Shown here one piece after another: positions 25,123 through 35,066 of a stretch of DNA of 64,000 nucleotides. Source of the stretch: Anaerolineae bacterium (GTDB taxonomy: Bacteria > Chloroflexota > Anaerolineae > JAFGEY01); NCBI GenBank assembly GCA_016783145.1, contig JADHXD010000005.1, forward strand, positions 1,399 to 65,398, written 5' to 3'. The notes beneath the pieces are model-generated. The model saw nothing but the letters and a program-made list of their open reading frames with translations. It ran no database searches and was not told the DNA's origin. A program made the position numbers and the translations under genes. Numbering within the stretch: position 1 is the first letter of the stretch; each line of letters starts with the position of its first letter.

Positions 25123-27087
25123 TTACTCCAGGGCCATCAGCTCTGCAGCCACTGTCGGGAACTGGGACTCGTCGGTATGCGGCAAAAAGAGCGCCGCGTT
25201 GAACTCATCGAAAAAGGTGTTGTCGGCTGACAGCTCCAGGTAGGTCATCATGTCGGCGATGCTGGCAATCTGCCCCCGAGCCTCACGCGAGAGCAGGGCC
25301 AAATAGGCACCCCGTACAGATGTGTTCCCCATATAGCTAAAGTGGTCCCACGGCGCATCGGGCAACAAGCCGATCTCGATCGCTTTCTCGATGTTGATGT
25401 ACTGGCCGAACGCACCGCCGATCAAGACGCGCTCGATGTCGGCGATGGTCATACCGACGCTCCTGGCTAGCACCGCAAAGCCGGCATAGATCGCTGCCTT
25501 GGCGCGCAGGAGGTTGTCCAGATCCACGTCGGTGATGACGATGTCGTGCGATGTCGCCGTCTCGCTGGCCCAGGAGACGACGTACTCGCCTCCGTGCGGG
25601 CCAGCGCGAGTTCGCTCGGTGGGCAGATTCACGTTGACGTTGCCGCTCTTGTCCACGATGCCGGTCATAAACATCTCTGCCATCAGTCCGATCAGCCCGC
25701 TGCCACAGATCCCGCGCGGATTTGTGCCAGCGGGGCCGATGACCTGGATCGTCGGTTCGTGGGTCTTGGGCTCGATCCACACCTCCTCGATCGCGCCCTC
25801 TGTGGCGCGCATACCGTGGACTACGCCCGCCCCTTCAAAGGCGGGGCCGGCAGAACACGCGCACGCGATGAGCCAGGTGCAATCTCCGAGCACGATCTCA
25901 CCGTTGGTACCGATGTCGATAAAGAGCGTGAGCTTGTCTCCCTGGCACATGCCCGAACTCAGCACACCGGAAGTGATGTCGGCGCCCACATAGCTGGCGA
26001 TTCCCGGCAGGGAATCCACCGCGGCGTCAGGACAGATGCAGAGCCCCAGCTCGTGCGCGCGCAGGGTCGGAATGTGATTGACGGTCGTGACAAAGGGCAT
26101 CAGTCGGATCGACTCGGGCTGCAGACCTGCAAAGAGATGCATCATCGTGCTGTTGCCCGCTACGACGGCGCGATAGATCTCCTCGGGACGCGCGCCGACC
26201 TGGTGGGCCGCCTGTCCCAGCAAGCGGTTCAGCGTCTGGATCACGAGTTGCTGCAGCTCGCCGAGCCCCTGTCCCTTGGCCTCGCCTTTGCTTCGTGAGG
26301 CATACATGATGCGCGAGATCACGTCCTCGCCCCGGGCGATCTGACCGTTATAGTCGGCTGCCTGGGCCATCACCTCACCGCTCAGTAGGTCGACCAGCCA
26401 GACCACGTTGGTGGTCGTGCCGATGTCGATCGCCACTCCCCAAAGCGATTCCAGATGATCGCCGGGCAGGATGTCGATCAGGCGGGTTGGGCCCGAAGGT
26501 GCATCCCAACGGTCGGTCTCGATCACGAGAGTGACCGTCCATTCTCCTTGACGAAGTGCGGCGGAGACCCGGCGGAGCACCGGTAGCTCAGCGATCAGGC
26601 CCTCGACCCTGTACTGGCGAGCCAGCTCCCGCTTCAACCGCGACCAGTCATCCGTCTGGTCGTCGAGGGACGGTTCGGGTACGGTGACAACGTACTTGCG
26701 CAGGGGTTGATCCCGCAGATAGTCATAGGAAAAGGGAGCGCTGATCTTTTGAGCTGTCTTGTCTGTCTGGAGCTTGCGCTCGATCTCTTGCGGGGGAATA
26801 TAGATCACTGCGTCGCTCTGAACGGTCGTCTGGCAGGCAAGCGCATACCCCGCCTCTATGTCCCCATCCGAGAAGCGCTGGTTGGGCGATCGGTGCACGC
26901 TCCCTTCCTGTACGATCACAGTGCAGCGGCCACACCGTCCCTGCCCACCACACGGCAGCCCGAGTTCGATACCGGCTGCATTGGCCGCGTCGGCGACCAA
27001 GGTGCCCGTGTCGACCTGGATCGAGCGATCCAGAGGTTGGAAACGAACCGTATGCTTGGCGATGCTAGACCCCCTCGCGATGCGCAC
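25123..27087 (-). CDS. reductive activator of the corrinoid Fe-S protein (RACo; 2Fe-2S ferredoxin + ASKHA ATPase domains)
   Basis: N-terminal plant-type 2Fe-2S motif CGGQGRCGRCTV ... C. An ASKHA-like core follows (AIDIGTTTN, FIDIGTNGE, ACSAGPAFEG). Confidence 0.8.
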   Translation of the reverse strand: MRIARGSSIAKHTVRFQPLDRSIQVDTGTLVADAANAAGIELGLPCGGQGRCGRCTVIVQEGSVHRSPNQRFSDGDIEAGYALACQTTVQSDAVIYIPPQEIERKLQTDKTAQKISAPFSYDYLRDQPLRKYVVTVPEPSLDDQTDDWSRLKRELARQYRVEGLIAELPVLRRVSAALRQGEWTVTLVIETDRWDAPSGPTRLIDILPGDHLESLWGVAIDIGTTTNVVWLVDLLSGEVMAQAADYNGQIARGEDVISRIMYASRSKGEAKGQGLGELQQLVIQTLNRLLGQAAHQVGARPEEIYRAVVAGNSTMMHLFAGLQPESIRLMPFVTTVNHIPTLRAHELGLCICPDAAVDSLPGIASYVGADITSGVLSSGMCQGDKLTLFIDIGTNGEIVLGDCTWLIACACSAGPAFEGAGVVHGMRATEGAIEEVWIEPKTHEPTIQVIGPAGTNPRGICGSGLIGLMAEMFMTGIVDKSGNVNVNLPTERTRAGPHGGEYVVSWASETATSHDIVITDVDLDNLLRAKAAIYAGFAVLARSVGMTIADIERVLIGGAFGQYINIEKAIEIGLLPDAPWDHFSYMGNTSVRGAYLALLSREARGQIASIADMMTYLELSADNTFFDEFNAALFLPHTDESQFPTVAAELMALE

Positions 27088-27144
27088 TGCGTGTCACACA
27101 GGGCCTGTCCTGAGCCGAGGCGACACGCAGTGCGCTGTGTGAAG

Positions 27145-28506
27145 CTACATCGTCTGCCAGATCTTGGCGTAGGAAGGGATCTCTACAGCTTCTCTCGGTC
27201 CCACCAAGATCTTCCAGCCAGGCAGTTCTTCTTCGATCTCTCCCAACAGCACGGAAACGTGTCCCGGAATGACCAGTTTCCTGTGATTGAGCTTTTCCGC
27301 GACCTGGCTGGACTTGACCGATTTTGCGATGCGCTCGGCATCGAACTTGCCAGCAGCCCACGCCGTCAGCACGCTCATCCCTTCCGAGTCGGCTACCAAC
27401 AACCAGCCCGGCTGTCCGCTGCCCGAGATCTCGTTGGCCACCGAAAAGTAGGTGATGCTAAAGTTGGTGGTGATGTACAACGGAGAGTCAGGGGTCGGTT
27501 CTCCGATCTCGTACAGGCCAGGCTGCACCTGGATCGGTGTCTGCGGGTCGGTGTAGATGTTTTCTCGCAACGCCAGGAGGGGGTAGACCGTATCCGGGCT
27601 GAACCCATCTATGACCACAAAGCCGGCATACTTGGCGATAGCCTGCACTGCGGCGAGCGGGGACATCTCGTCCTCATCCACACAGTCACTTGGGAAGCTG
27701 ATCATCGGGTAACCAAGTGCTCTAAAGTTCTTCTTGAGAGCCAGCCGGCGTATGTGCGTCTGCTTGGCCACGGCAACCGATAGGTCGCGTGCGCCGTGGT
27801 CGAGCACGATGTCGTTGATCCCCATGTCCTTTATCTTGGTCGCCAGATCTGCCAAGACGTCGAGGTACTCCTCTCGGATCACCATCGGCGCCCCGTACTG
27901 CTTGGCGAGTGTGGCAAAAGACTCCCAGGTCTCCGCAGTTGCCCCACAGATCAGGGGGCGGACCTCGTCACCCTGGGCGGACGCTGCCGCCTTGAGTCCT
28001 TCCTCCATCACATCGGCTTTGTCAGCGATCAAGATCAACGGGCGCACAGCGCTATCCAGTGTTGCACGGACAGCAGCCGCAAAGGTCTCGCCGTCTCCAG
28101 TCGCCTCGACGGCGAACCCATCGACCGCCAGCTGCATGCCGACATAGTCGACGACGTACTTGGCGATTTCCTTTGCCTGGGCCTTGATCTCATCGACGGG
28201 CAGGCTGTCGTACAGACGGATGAACAGCCCCGGCTTGTTAAAGAACCGCTTCTCGTGCCGGAACATCGCCGTCTCGTTGCCTGCCTTGGCCTCGCGCCCA
28301 TTCGCCTTGACCGTCACCAGCCGGATCGGAGGCTGCGAAGCGGCCTCCAGTTGCTCCTTGGATTCGTCAGACACGTACGGGCACGCCGAGAGCTCCGCCT
28401 GCTTGGCGGCAAGCTTCATGGCGAAGGCCAGGCAAGTTGGGAAGCCGCACTCTTTGCAGTTTGTGCGCGGCAGCAGTTTGTAGATTTGTATCCCTGAAAG
28501 GGCCAT
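27145..28506 (-). CDS. acsC: corrinoid iron-sulfur protein large subunit
   Basis: N-terminal 4Fe-4S motif LLPRTNCKECGFPTCLAFAMKLA...CP. Size (453 aa) and context fit. Confidence 0.85.
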   Translation of the reverse strand: MALSGIQIYKLLPRTNCKECGFPTCLAFAMKLAAKQAELSACPYVSDESKEQLEAASQPPIRLVTVKANGREAKAGNETAMFRHEKRFFNKPGLFIRLYDSLPVDEIKAQAKEIAKYVVDYVGMQLAVDGFAVEATGDGETFAAAVRATLDSAVRPLILIADKADVMEEGLKAAASAQGDEVRPLICGATAETWESFATLAKQYGAPMVIREEYLDVLADLATKIKDMGINDIVLDHGARDLSVAVAKQTHIRRLALKKNFRALGYPMISFPSDCVDEDEMSPLAAVQAIAKYAGFVVIDGFSPDTVYPLLALRENIYTDPQTPIQVQPGLYEIGEPTPDSPLYITTNFSITYFSVANEISGSGQPGWLLVADSEGMSVLTAWAAGKFDAERIAKSVKSSQVAEKLNHRKLVIPGHVSVLLGEIEEELPGWKILVGPREAVEIPSYAKIWQTM

Positions 28507-28510
28507 TGTG

Positions 28511-31500
28511 CTATCCTCCCTGGCTGTTCCCGATCATGAGTTGATCGATCATCGTGTGGACGCGCTTTACCGACTCGGGATGGCGGAGTATGAGGAGATT
28601 TGCCGCCGACTCGACGAGTGCCGCAGCGGTGCAGGTCTCCCAGTTGATCGCCCGCTTCTCCCAGTCGCCCCATGCCTCGGGCACGCCCTCGCCCACTTTG
28701 CTCTCCTTCTGACGCCATGCCTCAAAGCCGACCGTCACGATCATCGGCAACTGGGTCATCTTGTCTCCGGCGAGCGCGGCGAGGCGGAGTCGTTCCATCA
28801 CCGAGTAGCCGTATTCGATGCCATACCCTACTGCTGCACAGGTCGGATCCATCAGGATGCGCTGCAGTGGCAAGCCCATATCGCTGACCAGGATGTTGAG
28901 CTGCTTGGCCAGGTTCACATCCATCGCGGTGCTGGCGATGACGATCTGGTCGTTCGCGAGCGCGGCAGCGACGATAGTGCGGTAGTTCTTTTCCTCGCAC
29001 AGGCCCAAGACCAGTCGCTCGCCCTTGCCTTCTTCGGCCACGGCCACCAGGAGGTCATTGTCCAGGTCAACCTGACCAGGGCCGTAGACGATGAGCGGCA
29101 AACCGGTCGCGTCCAGCACTTTGCGCACCGTAGCTCGTGCGTTGGCAGCCGTGTTCGGGCTGTCATCCGCCTGGGTCGCGCCGAGTCGGAGCAGGATCGC
29201 TTCGGCGCCCTTGGCCTCGGCGGCCTTGGCCCACTCAGCCGGGTCATTCATCACGTCGCCCCAGGCTTTCATCAGCAACGGGGACCAGTCGGTGGGCTTC
29301 TTGTCCAAGATCTCGATGCCGACTGCTGGGCGACTGGGCATCGTCCCTTCGGAAAAGATGTACGGCCAGGTCGTTTCTCCACCGATCGTCAGCGTGCGAG
29401 AACGGCTGCCCCCATTCGCGGCCGTGGCGCCCAACGTGATCTCGAGCACCTGGCCCGTCCACCGCTCCTTGACGAGGTCAACACTGGCGCCGGTCCCCTT
29501 GATCCACGGGGCACCAACCGGCTTGGGCCGTTCTTTGCGCGGCCTGGCGGCTGGCGAAGGTGCCTCGGGCTCGGGAGGGGCGGCTTTGACAACGGGCGCC
29601 GGCACTTGGGCAAGCGCCGGCCGGGAGGGCGCAGCAGGCACGGTTCCGCCCAGGGCGCCAATCGCGGCTTCCAGGGCGCTCCGTATCCTGTCGAGGACGA
29701 TGTCAGCGCTCATCTGGGCGATGGCTTGCACGTCACCAGGCGCTACCTGAGGCAGGCTTGCTGCGGGCTCTGGCACAGGAGCTGGGGCGACCGGCTTGGC
29801 CTCGGGCGCAGGAGCAGCCGGTTCTGGCTTCGGCGCGGCCACCGGTTCGACGACCGCCGCTCGCTGCGGTGCCGCAGGTGCTTTGGCCGCTGCGGCCGGA
29901 GCCACTTCCTGCTCTTCTGGTTCCGGTGCGGGCTGCATTGGCGGCATTGTGAGAGCGGGGTGTTCCCTTTCCTCGAGCCACGTGACCAGTTCGTCTACCT
30001 CGGTGATGGTGTCCCCATCGGCGATCCTGCCTATCAAGCCTGGGTCGTTCTCGCGCTCTGCGACTGCTTCCAGCTCGGTAGCCATCGACTCTTTGAGGTT
30101 CTTGGACATCCAGACCACGCGCTTGAAGCCGCCATCTGCCGAGATGAACTTGGGGCTGAGCAGGTAGTACTTGCCGATGCCCATCATGCCAGGCGACTGG
30201 AGACCACCGCCGGCGATACCGGCCAGCGTAGAGAACTTCATGCCGGCTGGGGTCATGCTGGCGTCCTCTCGGCTGACGACCATCACCCCGTTCGCCTCGG
30301 GGATGAGCATTGCGATGCACTCAAAGCACCCACAGGCCGTCATCGGGTTGTTCATGATCGAGTACAGCGAGACGTGTGGCACGGACCCGTGAGAGGCCTG
30401 CTGCGCGTACTCGTTGGTGCCTCTCCAGTACCCAATCGCCGGGTCGATGCAATCCCCCTTGACGATCGGCTGGTTGGGGCCCGTGGGATTGATCTCGAAG
30501 CTGGCCTTGCAGTCCAGCCAGTTGTACGCTCCGCACAAGCCCAACCGCTCTGGCGAGATGATGCACACGTGGTCGGGCGCAAAGGACTGGCAGAGGATAC
30601 AGGAGTAGAAAGTGTCCACCGCTTCGTCGGTCATGTCGGCCAGGCGGCGGTTGCGCTGGTCATATGCTTCACGCGCCTTGCCCAGCCACTCTGCGTGTAG
30701 TGCGGGGTCGGTGATGATCTTGACCTGCACTTTGTCTACGATGGCGCCGAACGCGGAGTGCAGTCGGGCGTGGACGATGTCGCCAAAGTGGCGCAGAGTA
30801 AAGCCCTTGTCCGCGGCGCCCTTGGAGATGCGTATCCACGCGATGTCGCGCTGGCCGATGTGCTGCACGCCGGAGGCGCCGTTGACAAAGTAGTGGACCT
30901 GGCGCTCCAACACGGGCTCAAAGTCCAACTGCATTTTGCGCCCAGCAACCTCGATCAACAGGCCGAGATCCATACCTCCGCCCTCGGGCACCGTCTCAAG
31001 ATCGGGACCGATGATCTGGATGTCACCGTCGTTGATCTCTTCCATCGGCGCCATGCGCAGGTACTCAAAAGCGCGGCTTCCCCTGCCGCCAAACTCGATG
31101 CGCATATCGGCGCGGCGCACCACCTCGCCCTCGAAAGCCGAGCCATAGGGCACGGGGACAGGGACCTCGGTGATTTTGATCTTGACGCCACGCACCTCGA
31201 TGGCCTTTTGCACGAACCTCTCGGCACGCTCCAGGTCATCTTTGCCCTCGATCTCCCCAAAGGGCATTGAGACCACGTGCTCGTAGCGCGTGATGCCTGT
31301 GGGCAAGATCTCGGGGATCACGGTGTCAGCGATGGTCGGGAAGCCATAGCTGATGGCTCCCGCCGCTGCCGCATACTTGAGATCATCGACCTCACCGAGG
31401 GCAAGCACAAAGGCAAAGACCCGGAACTTGTTGTACAGCAGGATGTCGTGCCACTGCCCGCCTCCCATACCGCCAAAGGTGAGGGCCGAACGCGTAGCAA

Positions 31501-32200
31501 AGCCCAGGGCATAGATCGCGGAGAGCGTGTCGCGTCCAAAGGGGACGATGTAGGTGTCGTACCCCATCTCGACCCCTTCTTCCTGTAGCTGGTCGATGAT
31601 GCTGCGCCCGTTCACGTTGCCTGAGAGGAACACCAGGATGTTGCGGCTCTGGAGCTCGCGCACGATCTTGACCGCGACCTCGTTGCTCTTGGCCGCGCCG
31701 ACGATGGCGGCAAAGCCAGGCATACGGCCGTCGACCAATTGGATGCCCCACGAACGCAACTGGATGTCGTCGATAGGGCCGTTCAGGTGATCGCGCCCCG
31801 ACCCGTCGTTTTGGTAGCTCGTGCTGCCGGACAATTGGATGCCCGGGTAGCGCTCTGGCTGCTCGCCCCGGACAAAGCGGATTGCCTCGATCGCCTCGGC
31901 GGCGAGGAGGGTCGCCTGCCCTGAATCCAGCGTTTCTCCCAGGTAGGGGGACCAGACGTTCTGACGCGGCAGTGGGTGCAGCAGTTTCCTGGCGTGGTCC
32001 AGGATAGGCCGTATCTCGCCCAGGGTCGTCACCTTGGCTCCCAACATACCGTGCATCACCGGCAAATAGTACGCAGTGTTGGGAAACGAGACCTCACAGT
32101 CTGCTCCCCTTTCAGCGATCGCCTGCTCCAGCATGGTTTCTGCCTCGGCGACGAGGGCGTTTGCACCGCGGATCGCGCGGGTAGCAATGTATTTTGACAT
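28511..32200 (-). CDS. acsB: acetyl-CoA synthase (AcsB) fused through a ~140-aa Ala/Pro-rich linker to the corrinoid Fe-S protein small subunit (AcsD)
   Basis: Residues 1-755 are colinear with remembered Moorella AcsB, including FYSCILCQSFAPDHVCIISPERLGLCGA, the A-cluster CGCFEC and the natural C-terminus EREHPALTMPPM. Residues ~756-898 are APAPEP-rich. Residues ~899-1229 are AcsD-like (WTGQVLEITLG..., LMDPTCAAVGYGIEYGYS). Confidence 0.85.
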   Translation of the reverse strand: MSKYIATRAIRGANALVAEAETMLEQAIAERGADCEVSFPNTAYYLPVMHGMLGAKVTTLGEIRPILDHARKLLHPLPRQNVWSPYLGETLDSGQATLLAAEAIEAIRFVRGEQPERYPGIQLSGSTSYQNDGSGRDHLNGPIDDIQLRSWGIQLVDGRMPGFAAIVGAAKSNEVAVKIVRELQSRNILVFLSGNVNGRSIIDQLQEEGVEMGYDTYIVPFGRDTLSAIYALGFATRSALTFGGMGGGQWHDILLYNKFRVFAFVLALGEVDDLKYAAAAGAISYGFPTIADTVIPEILPTGITRYEHVVSMPFGEIEGKDDLERAERFVQKAIEVRGVKIKITEVPVPVPYGSAFEGEVVRRADMRIEFGGRGSRAFEYLRMAPMEEINDGDIQIIGPDLETVPEGGGMDLGLLIEVAGRKMQLDFEPVLERQVHYFVNGASGVQHIGQRDIAWIRISKGAADKGFTLRHFGDIVHARLHSAFGAIVDKVQVKIITDPALHAEWLGKAREAYDQRNRRLADMTDEAVDTFYSCILCQSFAPDHVCIISPERLGLCGAYNWLDCKASFEINPTGPNQPIVKGDCIDPAIGYWRGTNEYAQQASHGSVPHVSLYSIMNNPMTACGCFECIAMLIPEANGVMVVSREDASMTPAGMKFSTLAGIAGGGLQSPGMMGIGKYYLLSPKFISADGGFKRVVWMSKNLKESMATELEAVAERENDPGLIGRIADGDTITEVDELVTWLEEREHPALTMPPMQPAPEPEEQEVAPAAAAKAPAAPQRAAVVEPVAAPKPEPAAPAPEAKPVAPAPVPEPAASLPQVAPGDVQAIAQMSADIVLDRIRSALEAAIGALGGTVPAAPSRPALAQVPAPVVKAAPPEPEAPSPAARPRKERPKPVGAPWIKGTGASVDLVKERWTGQVLEITLGATAANGGSRSRTLTIGGETTWPYIFSEGTMPSRPAVGIEILDKKPTDWSPLLMKAWGDVMNDPAEWAKAAEAKGAEAILLRLGATQADDSPNTAANARATVRKVLDATGLPLIVYGPGQVDLDNDLLVAVAEEGKGERLVLGLCEEKNYRTIVAAALANDQIVIASTAMDVNLAKQLNILVSDMGLPLQRILMDPTCAAVGYGIEYGYSVMERLRLAALAGDKMTQLPMIVTVGFEAWRQKESKVGEGVPEAWGDWEKRAINWETCTAAALVESAANLLILRHPESVKRVHTMIDQLMIGNSQGG

Positions 32201-32214
32201 TTCGCATTCTCCTT

Positions 32215-34257
32215 TTACGCCACCGGTTCCAGGGTGTCTTCGGCAGCTTCTATGCGCTCGTGACCGTTCCCGTTGCCGCCGTATATGGCCTGGATCCGCT
32301 CCTCGACCGGCAGGTCAAGCAGTTGGTTCATCCGTGCATCACCGCTGCGGCCCCACTTGCTGGCATCGTACTCGGGCAGACCCAGGGCGGCACGCTTCTT
32401 GTCGATGTGCTCTACTGTCCGCCGAAAGATCTCTTCGACGTCAGTGATGAACTCGAGCTTGCCACCCACCTTGGATTCCCATCCCTTGCTGATGTACTCG
32501 GTGACGACCTCGCTCCCCTCGACCGGGTTGTGGACGCCCATAATCACGTAGGCGCCAGAGGCCACGCAGTAGGTGGCGATGGAGATAGCCTTTTCACTCA
32601 TCCACTCCGGAGCCATACCCACGGCAGGGATGTCCGAGATGTCCTCGCCCAGGCCACCCTCGCTGGCCATCTGGGAGAGCACGGTCAAGATGCGCGAGTT
32701 GTCCACACAGGAACCTAGATGCAGGACGGGCGGGATGCCCACGGTCTCGCAGACCTCTCGCAGGCCGGGCCCGGCCCGACTGAGCGCCTCTGGCGTCATC
32801 AAGTCCTGCTTCTGTGAGGCAATGGAGGCGCAGCCGGTCTCGACGACCAGAATGTCGTTCGCGATGAACTTTTCGACCAGATAGCGGTGGAAGGCCTCGA
32901 ACTGTACCCGCGAGTTGGTGCAGCCGATGTTGGCCACTACCCCGCGGATGCGCCCGGCCATGATCGCGTCGTTGAGCGGGCGGAAGGAGCCGCGATAGGC
33001 GCCGCCCAGAGCGTAGCCGATGTACTCGTGCGAGTACCCTGGCACCGTCATATGCCGGTCCTTGGGAATGTAGGTCTTGCCACGCTGGGGGAAGCGATCG
33101 ATCGAGCGGCGTATGATCTCTTTGGCGATGTCGAGGGCGCGGCCTTCCTCGAACTCGATGTGTGTCGCCCCGGTGATCTTGGTCTTGGGAGAGGTAGTGA
33201 TCACTTCGGTGTGGAAGCGCGCGGCGATGGGCACCAATCCCTGCATGATGCACTGCACGTCCACGACGATCGATTCGACCGCTCCGGTGAGGATCGCCAG
33301 CTCTTGCTGGAGCATGTTGCCGGCGGTCGGGATACCTTCGCGCATGATGATTTCGTTGGCCGTACAGCACATTCCTGAGAGGCAGATTCCCTTCGCCCCT
33401 TTGCTTTTGGCGTACGCGATAAGCTCTGGGTCCTGGGCCGCGATGACGATCATCTCCGACAGAGTGGGTTCGTGACCGTGGAGGACGATGTTGACCTCGT
33501 CCTCGCTCAAAACACCCAGGCCTACCTCGCCCTGGATTGGACCTGGCGTGCCAAAGAGCACGTCCGAAATATCCGTGCCGATCATGGAACCGCCCCATCC
33601 ATCGGCCAGAGCGGTTCGCATTGCCTGGTCCAGGAGGTGCTCATAGTCCTGGTCGTTCCCCATGTGCGTGCGGTGCATCATCTCGACGACCTCACGGTCG
33701 ATCGCCCGCGGCGTGAGTCGCAGTTCGTGCCATATCTGCTGCCGTTTTTCCGGTGCACGCTTGGTGTAGGCGACCTCACCGTGCGGTCTCCCGAACTCAG
33801 CCAGTGCTGCCGTGGCCACGTCGTGGGCGATCTCGTTCAAAGAGCGTCCCTCAGTGGACACACCCAGGTGGCCGGCCATCTCCTTCAGCTTGCTCGGGTC
33901 TCGGATGGCATAGTCGCTGGCTGTGCCCTCGGCAACTTCCAGCAGCGTGTAGGCCAGGCCGCGCCCATGGTCCGAGTGTGCGGCGGCTCCCGCAGCGGCC
34001 ATACGTGCAAAGTTTCGAGCTACGACGGTCTCAAGCGTCGCGCCACAGACCCCTGTCTGTCCTGGCCTGACCAACCGGCACGGCCCCATCGAGCAGTTCT
34101 TGCAGCACTTGCTCTCCTTGCCGATGGGGCATGGGGAGATGTCGTCTGCCCGGTCAAAGGTGGTCGCGCACTCTAGATCGCAGGCGTGCTGGAGCAGTTC
34201 GACAACACTGGGATCTGCGCTCCGTTCTTGAGGAGTTCTAACTTGTTTCTTTGCCAT
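32215..34257 (-). CDS. acsA: anaerobic Ni-Fe-S carbon monoxide dehydrogenase catalytic subunit
   Basis: ISPCPIGKESKCCKNCSMGPCRL (B/D-cluster cysteines), HGHEP, and C-cluster region motifs. Start at MAKKQVRTPQ; the upstream 31 codons of the ORF are not needed. Confidence 0.9.
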   Translation of the reverse strand: MAKKQVRTPQERSADPSVVELLQHACDLECATTFDRADDISPCPIGKESKCCKNCSMGPCRLVRPGQTGVCGATLETVVARNFARMAAAGAAAHSDHGRGLAYTLLEVAEGTASDYAIRDPSKLKEMAGHLGVSTEGRSLNEIAHDVATAALAEFGRPHGEVAYTKRAPEKRQQIWHELRLTPRAIDREVVEMMHRTHMGNDQDYEHLLDQAMRTALADGWGGSMIGTDISDVLFGTPGPIQGEVGLGVLSEDEVNIVLHGHEPTLSEMIVIAAQDPELIAYAKSKGAKGICLSGMCCTANEIIMREGIPTAGNMLQQELAILTGAVESIVVDVQCIMQGLVPIAARFHTEVITTSPKTKITGATHIEFEEGRALDIAKEIIRRSIDRFPQRGKTYIPKDRHMTVPGYSHEYIGYALGGAYRGSFRPLNDAIMAGRIRGVVANIGCTNSRVQFEAFHRYLVEKFIANDILVVETGCASIASQKQDLMTPEALSRAGPGLREVCETVGIPPVLHLGSCVDNSRILTVLSQMASEGGLGEDISDIPAVGMAPEWMSEKAISIATYCVASGAYVIMGVHNPVEGSEVVTEYISKGWESKVGGKLEFITDVEEIFRRTVEHIDKKRAALGLPEYDASKWGRSGDARMNQLLDLPVEERIQAIYGGNGNGHERIEAAEDTLEPVA

Positions 34258-34271
34258 TCCTCGATTCCTTC

Positions 34272-34604
34272 CTAGTACTTGCGGAATTCGCCGGACATCT
34301 GGAGGTCCGTCTGGTTCGTCTCGGTGACGCGCACTCCCAGTGTCTCCCAAGCCGGGTCCTTGAACTGCTTGCCGCTCTCTGCCAAGACCGGCGTCGCTTT
34401 GTCGGGCGCATACCCGGCACCGACCAGGGCCTGTTCGATAGTCACTGCATCGGTCTGGTCTGGGTCATACGAAACGAGCACCGTTTGCCAGGCGGAGCTG
34501 GCATAGACGTCTTTTACGCCGGGCAATGCATACAGGGTTTCTCTCACCTTGAGAACGTGGTGATCCGCGAACATTGCAGGCGCGTTCAGGGTAACACGCT
34601 CCAT
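34272..34604 (-). CDS. small HMA-like (ferredoxin-fold) protein lacking the CxxC metal site
   Basis: The 110-aa product has VTLNAPAMFADHHVLKVRETLYALPGVKDVYASSAWQTVLVSYDPDQTDAVTIEQALVGAGY. This follows the beta-alpha-beta-beta-alpha-beta HMA pattern, with GMxCxxC replaced by AMFADHH. SD AAGGAG lies 9 nt upstream. Confidence 0.5.
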   Translation of the reverse strand: MERVTLNAPAMFADHHVLKVRETLYALPGVKDVYASSAWQTVLVSYDPDQTDAVTIEQALVGAGYAPDKATPVLAESGKQFKDPAWETLGVRVTETNQTDLQMSGEFRKY

Positions 34605-35060
34605 GTACCGCAACTCCTTTCTCCTCTGGGGTCTTGGCGGCTTCTCCGAAGCCAGCCCAAGATCGGCGATCGAAAAGACGGCGCGGCCAGCTCTTCGAGG
34701 GCGTCGCCTCACCGTCGATCCTTGATGAGTGCCAAAACAAAAACGAGGGCTCCCTGTGAATCAACTTGTGAGACACAGGAGCCCTCGGCTAAGGCCAAGA
34801 GCCGAGCAACTGCATCGCGCAAAGTCAGCGCGAGATAGAACTCTGTCTCACATAGACAGCTTGATGCCCACTCAGCCATCGGTGTTCCTCAATGAAATCA
34901 AAAGGCCGCCCTGGAGGACGGTCTTTCGGAAGCTGCGCGAACGTCCACAGGTCAACACGCATCGTTCGGTTTTCGACGCAGGGCGCGTGCTGACAAGTTC
35001 TCCGCACACGTGCCCCGCCATCTCGGCAGAGAGCCTGGGGCAACGGGCATCGTTCTTCAG
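34605..35060 (-). promoter_or_regulatory. long structured 5' leader (or independent ~330-nt sRNA) preceding the CODH/ACS operon
   Basis: Bounded by a consensus promoter and an intrinsic terminator. There is no convincing coding potential. Several local hairpins are present (CTGTCT/AGACAG, CGCGC/GCGCG, CTCGGCT/AGCCGAG). No hallmark of a known RNA family was recognised. Confidence 0.4.
34733..34787 (-). terminator. rho-independent terminator inside the acs leader
   Basis: On the minus strand: CGAGGGCUCCUGUG - 15-nt loop - CACAGGGAGCCCUCG (14 bp, one bulge), followed directly by UUUUUGUUUUGG. Confidence 0.7.
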
Positions 35061-35066
35061 CAGGGG

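Noticed and set aside
28508-30700. 730-aa plus-strand ORF (and many 60-230-aa ORFs) opposite acsB/acsD
   Set aside because: It is antisense to a gene with unmistakable AcsB/AcsD motifs. The translation is Arg/Gly/His/Leu-rich with no motifs. This is a typical shadow ORF of a high-GC gene.
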